From Methanomassiliicoccales archaeon (GTDB taxonomy: Archaea; Thermoplasmatota; Thermoplasmata; Methanomassiliicoccales; JACIVX01): a stretch of DNA of 64,000 nucleotides. Under the pieces are notes generated by a model. It did no database searches. It had not been told where the DNA came from and saw only the letters and a list, made by a program, of their open reading frames with translations. The stretch spans positions 4,133-68,132 of the forward strand of contig JBEKKT010000019.1 in NCBI GenBank assembly GCA_050010535.1. The letters run 5' to 3'. The translations under genes were made by a program, and so were the position numbers. Of the stretch, positions 47,139 through 55,963 are shown piece by piece (position 1 is the stretch's first letter; the number at the start of each line of letters is the position of its first letter).

Positions 47139-48125
47139 ATGCGTAAAAAGCTTTTACAGCTCGGAAAGCTGGACAATTCCCTCAAGATCAGAAGGGAGGG
47201 CGACATGGTCATCCTTCCCATCCTATTTCCAGTCCTCGAGGACCTAGGCGTCGATCAGCGCTACGATGTCGCAGAGGGGAACTTCGAAGAGAGGAGCTCT
47301 CCGGAGGGCGACTACAGGAAGAACGTCAAGATTCCTGGTCAATTGATTAGGTTTCTACCGACATCGTTCGACGTGGTTGGCGATATCGCGATAGTCCGCC
47401 TTCCAGAGGAGATGATATCATACAAGATCGCGATCGGAGAGGCACTAGTCTCGACGTTTCCTAGGCTGAGAACGATCGCTATCGACAAGGGAGTAAGAGG
47501 GGAAGTGAGGATCAGAGACCTGGAGGTCATCTCGGGGGACGATTCGACCGAGACCGTCCATGTCGAGTACGGCCTTAGGCTGAAGGTCGACCTTCGCAAA
47601 GCGTACTTCAACCCGAGACTCGCGTCGGAGCGTCACAGGGTCGCCTCACAAGTGAGGAAGGGAGAGATTATTATCGATATGTTCGCCGGCGTCGGCCCTT
47701 TCTCTATGATGATCGCCAAGTACGCCGAGCCCAAGATTGTGTACGCAATCGATCTGAACATGGATGCTGTGGAATACTTGAAGAACAACATTATGTTGAA
47801 CAGGGTCAAGAACGTCGTACCTATCTTGGGGGACGCGAGAGAGATCCTCCCGACTCTTCCTCGGCCAGACAGGATGATAATGAATCTTCCCCATTCTGCC
47901 AGGGAGTTCCTTCCGGACGCTCTTCAGCGGTTAAGGTCTGGCGGAACAATTCATTTCTATTTCGTGTGTGAAAGGTCCTCGGGCAAAGAGACGATATCGG
48001 CGGTCGAGTCCCAGGCCCAGGAATTGGGAAAGTCCATAGTCGTATCGAGGATGGAGGAATTGAAGACCTACTCCCCATCATCGAGCGTTTTCTCCGCCGA
48101 CATTGTTCTTGTCGATGGGGGCTAG
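47139..48125 (+). CDS. trm5: tRNA (guanine37-N1)-methyltransferase Trm5 / Taw22 family
   Basis: FDVVGDIAIVRLPEE, YFNPRLASERHRV and DMFAGVGPFS motifs. Start trimmed to MRKKLLQLG. Confidence 0.85.
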   Translation: MRKKLLQLGKLDNSLKIRREGDMVILPILFPVLEDLGVDQRYDVAEGNFEERSSPEGDYRKNVKIPGQLIRFLPTSFDVVGDIAIVRLPEEMISYKIAIGEALVSTFPRLRTIAIDKGVRGEVRIRDLEVISGDDSTETVHVEYGLRLKVDLRKAYFNPRLASERHRVASQVRKGEIIIDMFAGVGPFSMMIAKYAEPKIVYAIDLNMDAVEYLKNNIMLNRVKNVVPILGDAREILPTLPRPDRMIMNLPHSAREFLPDALQRLRSGGTIHFYFVCERSSGKETISAVESQAQELGKSIVVSRMEELKTYSPSSSVFSADIVLVDGG

Positions 48126-48593
48126 CGTTATTCCTTGCTGCCCTTGGTAGTGGCCGCTTCTCTTCTCATAAGAGAGGGACACAGGGCCGCTCATTCTCTC
48201 AAATACTATCTGGACGAAACGAGTTCCTATGGGTATCTCTACATGTGAGTCTGACGCGTTGAAGGCGGTAAATGTGAGGGTTCCCCGGAATCCGGCGTCG
48301 ACCTTTCCAAGACCGACGATGATCCCCTTCCTGATCCATGTCGTTCTGGTCCATAGCTGGCCTGCGATGTCGTCGGGTAACCTGACGAATTCAAGGGTGC
48401 CTACGAAGAACATCTTTTGGGGAGGGATCCTCGCGACACCCTCGTTCCACGATGCGCCGCAGCTCGGGACCGAAATCTCGGAGACCCTCAGGTCGTAACC
48501 GTTCGGCGTAAGGCAGTCCATGGAGAAGGCGTCTACACCTAGTTTGCCAGATTTGACTAGTTCAAGGATCTCGTGATCAGGTATGATGCACAT
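48078..48593 (-). CDS. dcd: dCTP deaminase (dUTPase-superfamily)
   Basis: LTPNGYDLRVSE, LPDDIAGQLWTRTTWIRKGI and VDAGFRGTLTF motifs. 171 aa. Convergent 48-nt overlap with trm5. Confidence 0.88.
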   Translation of the reverse strand: MCIIPDHEILELVKSGKLGVDAFSMDCLTPNGYDLRVSEISVPSCGASWNEGVARIPPQKMFFVGTLEFVRLPDDIAGQLWTRTTWIRKGIIVGLGKVDAGFRGTLTFTAFNASDSHVEIPIGTRFVQIVFERMSGPVSLSYEKRSGHYQGQQGITLAPIDKNNVGGENAR

Positions 48594-48648
48594 GCGTGTG
48601 TAATGACGTTCACGGTCTAAAAGCGATTCTAATAAGAACCCGCAGAGA

Positions 48649-50832
48649 TCATTCTCGGATCGCGTTCAATGCTATCGCGCACTGTCCAGTCGATATTCCT
48701 CCGTCCCCGTTCGGAACGGCGTCGTGTATCGCGAACTCGAAACCCCTGGCCTTGACGAGCTGACCTGTGAGCATTGATATTGTATGATTGTACGAGACTC
48801 CACCTGTCAGACCGATCGTCTTAATCCCGACTTTCTCAGCCTCCTCGCTAGCTATGTCCACAAGTCCCGATAGTAGCGTTCCTATGAAGCCGCAAACCAT
48901 GTCGTCGGTCCTCCCCTTTGTCTGAAGAAGCTGCCCGAACAAAGGCAGTGTCATGATAGTATTGCCTTCCCTCTCTAGATCGAAGTCGTGAATCTCACTA
49001 CCCATCTTCATATGTCTCTCGAGCTTCATCGCTGGCTCGCCGTCGTAAGTCCGGGTGCGACAGATATCGAAATAGCATGATAGTGCGTCGAGAACCCTTC
49101 CAAAGCTAGTTGTCATGGGGCTCTTAGGGAGCATCTTCCTCAGGACGTTCGCGTCCTTTTCGTCGAAGTAGTGGGTCTCTGCCCCGACGAGTTCGGAGAT
49201 CGCGAAAACGAGCCTCCTGGGATCTCTCACAGCCATCTCACCCCCTAGCATAGGTAATGGCTGCAAACGACCGACCCGCTCGTATCCGCCGAAATCTGCG
49301 CGTAGGACCTCTCCTCCCCAGGACGTCCCGTCATCGCCGTATCCCGTACCGTCCAGCGTGAGTGCCAATATCTCATCGATGTGCGCGTCCACCATGAGGG
49401 ATGCCGCGTGCGCCCAATGGTGCTGGACCTCGATCAAGTCTGACCCCCAGGTCTCTGCAAGCTTTCTCCCCAGCCTCCTTGTCGAATATCCTGGGTGGAG
49501 ATCGATCCCTATTGCCTGGACGTTGTTTACTCCGAGAAGTTTCCTCTGATAGACGAGAGAGGACTCGAGGAATTCGATGACACCTGCGGAACCGCCATCA
49601 CCGATGTGCTGCGTCTGGAATATCTTGCCATCATGCCCGACCGCTCCGGTGATGTTCTCCTGCGCCCCCAAGCCGATTGCATTCCCCCTGGACCGAAACT
49701 CGATGCCGGAGGGTATGTGCCCTCTCGATTTCCTGAGGAAGTACGTCTTGTCGTCGAAGGCTCTGACGACGGAGTCGTCGCACCTGTTGATGATCTCCCT
49801 GTCATGTAGCAGGTGGCACTCGGCTTTGAGCGACATCGCGTCCTCGTCCCTCAGGACCATCGGTTCCCCGGGCACGTTCGCCGAAGTCATTACGAGCGCA
49901 TCCTCCCTCAGATGATGAAAGAGTATGTGATGCATACCTGTGTAAGGGAGGAAGGCACCTATGTTGCCCAGGCCTGGGGAGATCAGTTCGGTCGTCGCCG
50001 AGTCCTCCTTCTTGATGAGTACGACGGGTCTGTGCGGGGAGTTCAGGAGCTTCCTTTCGAAATCTGATGGCTCTCCGTACTGCTCCACCGCGTTCAGATC
50101 GCGGAACATGACCGCGAATGGCTTCTCCTTCCTTCCGTACCACTTCCTAAGTCTTGGAAGGGTCTCGAGAGTGCAGCATATGTGCATCCCTCCCCAGCTC
50201 TTCGCGACCCCTATGGCGCCGTCTTGCATCATCTCCGCGAATCGTCTTATCGGATCTCCATCGATCCGCTGACCGTTGCAATCGAGAAGATTGTAGCGGG
50301 GGCCGCATCTCGGACAGGAGATCGTCTGATGGTGGAACCGCCGGTCGATGGGATTCGCGTACTCTCTTGTGCAGTCCTCGCACATCTCGAACGCTCTCAT
50401 CGAAGTGCCAGCTCGGTCGTAGGGGAGGTCGTCGATGACGGTGAACCTGGCACCACAATCAGTGCAATTGGTGAAAGGATACATGTACCGTCTGTTGTCT
50501 GGATCGAAGACTTCATTTCTGCATCGTTCGCACAGCGCGACGTCGTTCGGAATGGAGACCCCCCTCTGTCCGCTCTGGCTCTGAACGATCCTGAATCCCT
50601 GGCTCGTTTTCGTCACAGACCCTTCATGTATCTCGATTCTGTCCAAGCGGGCGAGGGGAGGGAGTTCCGCCCTCAGTCTCCCAATGAACTCCTCGGAGTC
50701 TCCGTCGATCTCGATGACAACGTTCGACCCGTTATTCTGGACGAAACCTGAGAGGCCCATAGATGCCGCCAGCCTATAGACTGTCGGTCTGAACCCGACG
50801 CCTTGGACGACCCCATATATCACTATTCTCAT
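48649..50832 (-). CDS. hypF: [NiFe]-hydrogenase maturation carbamoyltransferase HypF
   Basis: Acylphosphatase N-terminus (IYGVVQGVGFRP), two CxxC-x18-CxxC zinc-finger pairs (CERC...CTDCGARF and CEDC...CPRCGPRY), and YrdC-like and Kae1-like domains. 727 aa. Confidence 0.92.
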   Translation of the reverse strand: MRIVIYGVVQGVGFRPTVYRLAASMGLSGFVQNNGSNVVIEIDGDSEEFIGRLRAELPPLARLDRIEIHEGSVTKTSQGFRIVQSQSGQRGVSIPNDVALCERCRNEVFDPDNRRYMYPFTNCTDCGARFTVIDDLPYDRAGTSMRAFEMCEDCTREYANPIDRRFHHQTISCPRCGPRYNLLDCNGQRIDGDPIRRFAEMMQDGAIGVAKSWGGMHICCTLETLPRLRKWYGRKEKPFAVMFRDLNAVEQYGEPSDFERKLLNSPHRPVVLIKKEDSATTELISPGLGNIGAFLPYTGMHHILFHHLREDALVMTSANVPGEPMVLRDEDAMSLKAECHLLHDREIINRCDDSVVRAFDDKTYFLRKSRGHIPSGIEFRSRGNAIGLGAQENITGAVGHDGKIFQTQHIGDGGSAGVIEFLESSLVYQRKLLGVNNVQAIGIDLHPGYSTRRLGRKLAETWGSDLIEVQHHWAHAASLMVDAHIDEILALTLDGTGYGDDGTSWGGEVLRADFGGYERVGRLQPLPMLGGEMAVRDPRRLVFAISELVGAETHYFDEKDANVLRKMLPKSPMTTSFGRVLDALSCYFDICRTRTYDGEPAMKLERHMKMGSEIHDFDLEREGNTIMTLPLFGQLLQTKGRTDDMVCGFIGTLLSGLVDIASEEAEKVGIKTIGLTGGVSYNHTISMLTGQLVKARGFEFAIHDAVPNGDGGISTGQCAIALNAIRE

Positions 50833-50936
50833 GCGAACCTGTCCAAGCAGCGGGCATATTTATCTCTTTGGAGTGGGGGGTTTGAACGACAAGCTATTAA
50901 GAATGTTAGAAGGATACTGAAGCAAGGGTTGAGCAA

Positions 50937-51320
50937 ATGAGTCTCGTACCTGAGAGTCTGCGCTACACGAAAGATCATGAGTGGGTGAAGTCAGAAGGAG
51001 AAACGGCAAGGGTGGGAATAACGGATCACGCTCAGCATGAGCTTACTGACATAGTGTTTGTCGAGTTGCCGAAGATCGGGAAGAAGGTGAAGCAGGGAGA
51101 GGTCCTCGGCGTTGTGGAAAGCGTTAAAACGGTCGCGGACGTGTACAGTCCCGTATCTGGCGTGGTAACTGAAGCCAACTCGGATCTCAACGATAACCCA
51201 CAACTCCTGAACGAGTCTCCTTACGAGAAGGGCTGGTTCGCTCTCATCGGAATGGAAGACCCATCCGAAGTAGCCCGGCTCATGGATGCGACGGCATACA
51301 AGAAGATGATGAACGAGTGA
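50937..51320 (+). CDS. gcvH: Glycine cleavage system H protein / lipoyl-carrier protein
   Basis: YTKDHEWV, GITDHAQ and VESVKTVADVYSPVSG (lipoyl-lysine motif). 127 aa. Confidence 0.9.
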   Translation: MSLVPESLRYTKDHEWVKSEGETARVGITDHAQHELTDIVFVELPKIGKKVKQGEVLGVVESVKTVADVYSPVSGVVTEANSDLNDNPQLLNESPYEKGWFALIGMEDPSEVARLMDATAYKKMMNE

Positions 51321-51351
51321 GCCGTCGATCTAAAGAACACCGCTATGGCCG

Positions 51352-51957
51352 ATGCCTGAAGGTGTGTCAGAAAGCCTTGAATATCATCCCTTGACAGTCG
51401 TTCCTGTATTCTCCAACGAGCCGGGGAGGCTCGAGGCAATCATGACCAGATTTGCCCCAGCTACGTTCGCCCTAGGCTACCACAAGAAACTGGCACGTAA
51501 AACAGTCCTCACAGGAAATGAGATGGTGATAGATTTCGGATCCGGCTCAGGAATGGGGGCAAGGTATCTAGCTAAGGAGCTTTCAAAGGGTGACGGACAC
51601 CTGACCTGCGTCGACATCTCCGGGGTCTGAATCGAGATGACGAAGAAGAGGATCAGGTTCTTTTCTAATATTGACTACAGGCTCGACGATATGTCAATAT
51701 TGGAGGTCGGCGACAAATTGTACGACGTCGTCGTCTCTTTCGTCCTGTACGAAATGGATACACACGATAGGCCAATCATCGTTAACGAACTCGCCAGGAA
51801 ATTTGATCCCGGCATACGAATCGTGACAAAGGAGCCGACAAAGAGCCATCATGGCATTGACCCGAACGACATCCGTTTTCTCATGAGCAGCGCCAGTCTG
51901 AAGGAGGTTGAAAGCGCTTCCCTCAAAGGTGGATTCGATGCCACACATCTCAAGTGA
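51352..51957 (+). pseudogene. Class I SAM-dependent methyltransferase interrupted by an in-frame TGA (51628-51630)
   Basis: ORFs 51352..51630 and 51637..51957 are in the same frame. Motif I (VIDFGSGSGMGARYLA) is in the first ORF and the later motifs (YDVVVSFVLYEM) are in the second. The junction reads VDISGV-stop-IEMTKKRI. Confidence 0.7.
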
Positions 51958-52033
51958 TTTCTCTGCCCTCCACGTGTCTCTAATGGAAGGGTTTTTTTAG
52001 CATCTCGCTCCACTATTCGGTGCGGTGTACTGA

Positions 52034-52564
52034 ATGGAGTCCAATATTGAGAAGATAGGAAGAGGACCTCTGGAGGCAGTGAGTGTAATCCCGCCGGGAC
52101 CGGTCGTGCTCGTCGCGGTTGGAGAGAAGGAGAGGGATGTTCTCGCAGTAGGAATGTTCAACGTTTTCTCGTTCCGGCCTCCGATTGTGGGAATCGCCGT
52201 GACCGCATCGAGATACAGCTACAAGCTCCTGGACGAATCTCCCGATTTCTCGATCAACATTCCCGGGAGAGACCTGATCGACAAAGTCAATTGCTGCGGC
52301 TCGAAATCCGGCAAGAGCGCGGACAAGTTCAAGGAGTGCGGTCTGACCGCCGTTCCGGGGAAGAGGATCAGATCGCCTTCTGTCGGAGAGTGCTTGATGA
52401 ACATCGAGTGCAAGAAACTGGAGTATTTCGAGAAGGGCGACCACATCTGGTTCCTGGGGCAGATTGCGCACGCCGAGGTCGCTGCTGACTACGACCACTC
52501 AAAGGTCCTTCTGTACCGTGACGGAGAGTTCTGGGGAATAGCTGAGAGCTTGAAGAAAGAGTGA
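52034..52564 (+). CDS. Flavin reductase-like FMN-binding (split-barrel) protein, paralogue 1
   Basis: PVVLVAVGEKERDVLAVGMF..FSFRPP..GIAV..SRYSYKLL..SPDFSINIP and CGSKSGKSADKF motifs. 176 aa. Confidence 0.8.
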   Translation: MESNIEKIGRGPLEAVSVIPPGPVVLVAVGEKERDVLAVGMFNVFSFRPPIVGIAVTASRYSYKLLDESPDFSINIPGRDLIDKVNCCGSKSGKSADKFKECGLTAVPGKRIRSPSVGECLMNIECKKLEYFEKGDHIWFLGQIAHAEVAADYDHSKVLLYRDGEFWGIAESLKKE

Positions 52565-52571
52565 CGTCTTC

Positions 52572-53369
52572 TCATTCTCCCGCAGATTCCAGTGACTTCG
52601 AACAGCTGCATTTCCTTCTTTCTGCCGGTATCTTCGGAATCCCGTTTGTGACGAGCCTCCTTATCTTGTCTACGTTTTCCGCCATGGTCTTGATGACGGT
52701 CTCCGCGTTGACCGGCTTCTCAGCCCAGACGTCGTAGTCAGTGATCATGGCCAGGCTAACGTAGCACATCTCCTGCTCAATCGCGAGCTGGCACTCGGGT
52801 ACGAGGGTCATACCGATGATGTCCGCGAAGGTTCGGAACATCCTGCTCTCGGCCCTCGTCGAGAATCTTGGTCCTTCGATACAGACATAGGTGCCTGAGG
52901 ACTTGATCGGTATCCTGAGCCTCTTTCCCTCCTTAATGAAGACGTCTCTAAGCTCGGGACAGAACGGATCGGCGGCGCTTACGTGCATGGTTTTCGGTCC
53001 GTCGTAGAATGTGCAATCCCTCCTCTTTGTGAAGTCTATGAACTGATCGACGACGACGATTTCGCCGGGGTTGAACTTTTCCTGCAGAGAGCCGACCGCG
53101 CAAGGTGAGATGACCTTTTCGACTCCCAACTGCTTCAGCGCCCAGATATTGGCGCGATAGTTGACTGCGTGTGGTGGGTAGACGTGCCCTTCTCCATGTC
53201 TAGGCAGAAACGCGACGGCTATGCCCGACTGTTTCACAATCTGGATATCCCCGGACGGCTCGCCGAAAGGCGTGGACATCTTGATGACCTCCTCGCAATC
53301 CAGCTGCTCAGTGTCATACACCCCCGTCCCGCCGATAATCGCTATCCTCGCTTTGCTCTTGCCCTTCAT
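52572..53369 (-). CDS. mtnP: S-methyl-5'-thioadenosine phosphorylase
   Basis: IAIIGGTGVYD, FLPRHG, YRANIWALKQLGV and CIEGPRFSTRAES..F motifs. Start trimmed to MKGKSKARIAIIGG. Confidence 0.9.
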   Translation of the reverse strand: MKGKSKARIAIIGGTGVYDTEQLDCEEVIKMSTPFGEPSGDIQIVKQSGIAVAFLPRHGEGHVYPPHAVNYRANIWALKQLGVEKVISPCAVGSLQEKFNPGEIVVVDQFIDFTKRRDCTFYDGPKTMHVSAADPFCPELRDVFIKEGKRLRIPIKSSGTYVCIEGPRFSTRAESRMFRTFADIIGMTLVPECQLAIEQEMCYVSLAMITDYDVWAEKPVNAETVIKTMAENVDKIRRLVTNGIPKIPAERRKCSCSKSLESAGE

Positions 53370-53511
53370 CCTATGACCTGGTTGAGTAAACGCTTCTCGG
53401 ATATAGATTTGTTTTAGTGAAGTGTCCCCCCAGGCTATCATCCGATGCGATCAATCGAGCAATGCAAGGGTTTTTCAATTCTCTTTCGTATTGATTCATC
53501 TAGGTGGAAGA

Positions 53512-54033
53512 ATGGAATCGAAGATCGAGCTGTCTTCGGCCGATGCAATTAAGACTTACCCGGCATTCCCGGTCGTCCTGGTGGCGATTGGAGATGGGGA
53601 GAAGAACGTGATTACGATCGGACTGGTGCAGATATTCTCCTTCAATCCTCTCGTCTTGGGGGTCGGGGTCCATCCGTCGCGCCATAGCTTCAGGATGCTG
53701 CAGAACCACCCCGATTTCTCGATCAACATCCCGGGAAAGGATCTGGTGGAGCAGGTGCTGTATTGCGGGACGAAATCGGGAAGGGACACCGACAAGTTCA
53801 AGGAGACCAGGCTCACCGCCATCCCAGGAAAGAAGATCAAATCTCCTGTGATAGAAGAGTGCCTGGTCAGTTTCGAGTGCAAGAAATCGAAGATGATCGA
53901 GATGGGCGACCGCACCTGGTTTTTCGGAGAGGTCGTTCATGCCGAGGCTGTCAGGGACTACGCTCGTGACAAGGGTCTGCTGTATTGGGCCGGGGAGTTC
54001 AGAATGCCAGGCGACGTAGTGAGAAGGCGATAG
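53512..54033 (+). CDS. Flavin reductase-like FMN-binding protein, paralogue 2
   Basis: Roughly half the residues match 52034..52564 by eye and the motifs are the same (PDFSINIPGKDL, CGTKSGRDTDKF). The two genes share an identical 20-nt DNA stretch, CCCGATTTCTCGATCAACAT. Start trimmed to MESKIEL. Confidence 0.8.
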   Translation: MESKIELSSADAIKTYPAFPVVLVAIGDGEKNVITIGLVQIFSFNPLVLGVGVHPSRHSFRMLQNHPDFSINIPGKDLVEQVLYCGTKSGRDTDKFKETRLTAIPGKKIKSPVIEECLVSFECKKSKMIEMGDRTWFFGEVVHAEAVRDYARDKGLLYWAGEFRMPGDVVRRR

Positions 54034-54094
54034 TCTGGGGATTGCGGCTTTTGACCTTGAGGACTGGCTGCTGAGATGCAAGGGCGCCGAGATA

Positions 54095-55108
54095 GTGATG
54101 GACCATAGCGGGTGTCCCCCGCCGTACGATGATGGGTTCGTGCCGGACATAGGACCGCTATCGTCGCTTGACGCGATCGAGATCGAAGAGCGGCTTGTGG
54201 AGACGCTATCCTCCATTTATGGCGTCGAGAAAGAGCGGTTCTCCTTGTCATCTGGCGCTCAGAACGCCAACTTCCTTCTTTTCCACTCTTATCTCGGCCC
54301 TAAGGATCTAATTGCAGTCGAGAACCCTACGTTCATGCCGATAAGGAGCGTGGCTGAGTCGATCTGCAGGGTCGAGACCTTCGAGAGAAGTGCTGCGAAC
54401 GACTTCAGGCCAAAGCGCACGGAGATCGATCGTCTATTGAAAAAAGGACCCAAAGTGATCGTGGTAACGAACCTCCACAATCCGAGCGCGGCGTCCCTTT
54501 CGGACCCTGACCTCAAAGGCATTCTTGAAGTCGCGGGCGAGAAAGGTGCGATAGTGCTCTGTGACGAGATTTACAGGAGGATGCAGTACTCGACACCGTC
54601 GAGCCCTGTGTGCATGCTGGGCGACAACGGAGTATCCACCTCGGGTCTCACGAAGCTATATGGGCTCGGGGATCTCAGGGTGGGCTGGCTCGTTGGCCCC
54701 GAGGAAATATGCAGGAAGGTCGACCTGCTCCGACTGTACAATGTCTACCGCCTTCCGACCCGGTCCGCGGCGATTGCGATAGAGGCTCTGAAGAGGAGAG
54801 AATGGTTCCGGGACAGGACGCTGCGGCTTGCGAGCATCAATATCAAGATCCTCAGGGAATGGCTCGAAGAGGAGGATAGGGTGTATTGCCGCCTTCCGGA
54901 CGGCGGGCTCATGGCGCTCATTTCCCTTCCGAAAGGCATGGACGATCTGCGTCTAGGCGAGGCCTTGATGGACCGGTTCTCGACGTCCGTGTGCCCCGGC
55001 CGATACTTTGGCATCGCGAATCATATCAGGGTCACTTTCAGCTGCAGCGCGAAGGATCTCAGAAAGGGCCTGGAGAACATCTCCGCAGCCATCGACACGC
55101 TGGTCTAA
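54095..55108 (+). CDS. Class I/II PLP-dependent aminotransferase (the conserved N-terminus probably begins upstream of the first canonical start)
   Basis: NLHNPS, LCDEIY and SGLTKLYGLGDLRVGW (PLP-lysine region). The frame is open back to 54023 and encodes ..IAAFDLEDWLLRCKGAEIV before the GTG at 54095 and the ATG at 54098. Confidence 0.8.
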   Translation: MMDHSGCPPPYDDGFVPDIGPLSSLDAIEIEERLVETLSSIYGVEKERFSLSSGAQNANFLLFHSYLGPKDLIAVENPTFMPIRSVAESICRVETFERSAANDFRPKRTEIDRLLKKGPKVIVVTNLHNPSAASLSDPDLKGILEVAGEKGAIVLCDEIYRRMQYSTPSSPVCMLGDNGVSTSGLTKLYGLGDLRVGWLVGPEEICRKVDLLRLYNVYRLPTRSAAIAIEALKRREWFRDRTLRLASINIKILREWLEEEDRVYCRLPDGGLMALISLPKGMDDLRLGEALMDRFSTSVCPGRYFGIANHIRVTFSCSAKDLRKGLENISAAIDTLV

Positions 55109-55963
55109 TCATTCCTGCACTGAGGGTAGATCCGCCCTTTTATACGATCCCAGTATCTTGACGAAGGACGCTCTCCTGACGAGGTCAGTAATCGCTCCGC
55201 TCACCTCAGGCTCATCGAGATGTCCGTCGATATCGGCATAGAACACGTATTCCCATGCCCTGTCCCTTCTCGGTCTGGATTCAAGCTTCGTCATGTTGAC
55301 GTTGTGCTCTGCGAAAGCGCCGAGGCAGGCGTACAGAGCCCCGGGGAAGTTCTTCGTCGCGAAGACGATCGAGGTCTTGTCACCTCTGGGATTGATCGCC
55401 GCCGCCTTTTCGATGACGAAGAACCTGGTGTAGTTCAGGTGAGAGTTCTGGATGCCCTCTTTCAATATCTTCATGCAGTATTCGTTCGCGGTCCGAGCAC
55501 TTGCGATCGCTGCCTCGCTCCTGTCCCCTCGCTCTTTGATGATCTTGACGCTCCCGGCGGTATCGTAGGAGGGCACCTTCTCCCATTGCGGATACCTCGA
55601 AAGGAAGGTCCTGCACTGTCCGAGGGCCTGGGGATGGCTGTAGATCCTTCTGATGGCCTCGATCTCGGCCTCAGGATGCCCTATTAGGCAATGCTTCACG
55701 AGGATGATCACCTCGCCGACGACGGTGAGATCATTCTCGAGCAAGAGGTCGTTCACCCTCGCCACGCTCCCTTCGAGGGAGTTCTCCACCGGAAGGACAG
55801 CATGGCTCGCGTCTCCATTGTTCACGCTGACGAAGACGTCCTCGAACTCCGCGCAGGAGAGAGTCCTGATCCCTTCCCCGAAGAACTTGTACACGGCGTC
55901 CTCGCTGTAGGCCCCGTGGATGCCTTGGAACGCGATTCTGCGCTCCATGACGGTGCTGTTCAT
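55109..55963 (-). CDS. pheA: Prephenate dehydratase (PDT plus ACT domains)
   Basis: IAFQGIHGAYSE, NSLEGSV and the TRF motif (NYTRFFVI), with a C-terminal ACT domain. Its stop abuts the aminotransferase stop with 0 nt between them. Confidence 0.9.
   Translation of the reverse strand: MNSTVMERRIAFQGIHGAYSEDAVYKFFGEGIRTLSCAEFEDVFVSVNNGDASHAVLPVENSLEGSVARVNDLLLENDLTVVGEVIILVKHCLIGHPEAEIEAIRRIYSHPQALGQCRTFLSRYPQWEKVPSYDTAGSVKIIKERGDRSEAAIASARTANEYCMKILKEGIQNSHLNYTRFFVIEKAAAINPRGDKTSIVFATKNFPGALYACLGAFAEHNVNMTKLESRPRRDRAWEYVFYADIDGHLDEPEVSGAITDLVRRASFVKILGSYKRADLPSVQE

Noticed and set aside
51628-51630. In-frame TGA in the methyltransferase read as selenocysteine or as genome-wide TGA recoding
   Set aside because: TGA terminates many well-delimited genes in this window (for example the Roadblock, DsrE-like and HTH genes), so there is no global recoding. 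The position is not a catalytic or redox site. It is kept as a nonsense mutation pending a SECIS or selB check.
53500-54216. 238-aa minus-strand ORF over the second flavin reductase gene
   Set aside because: It is antisense to a gene with a clear paralogue, and no family signal was seen.
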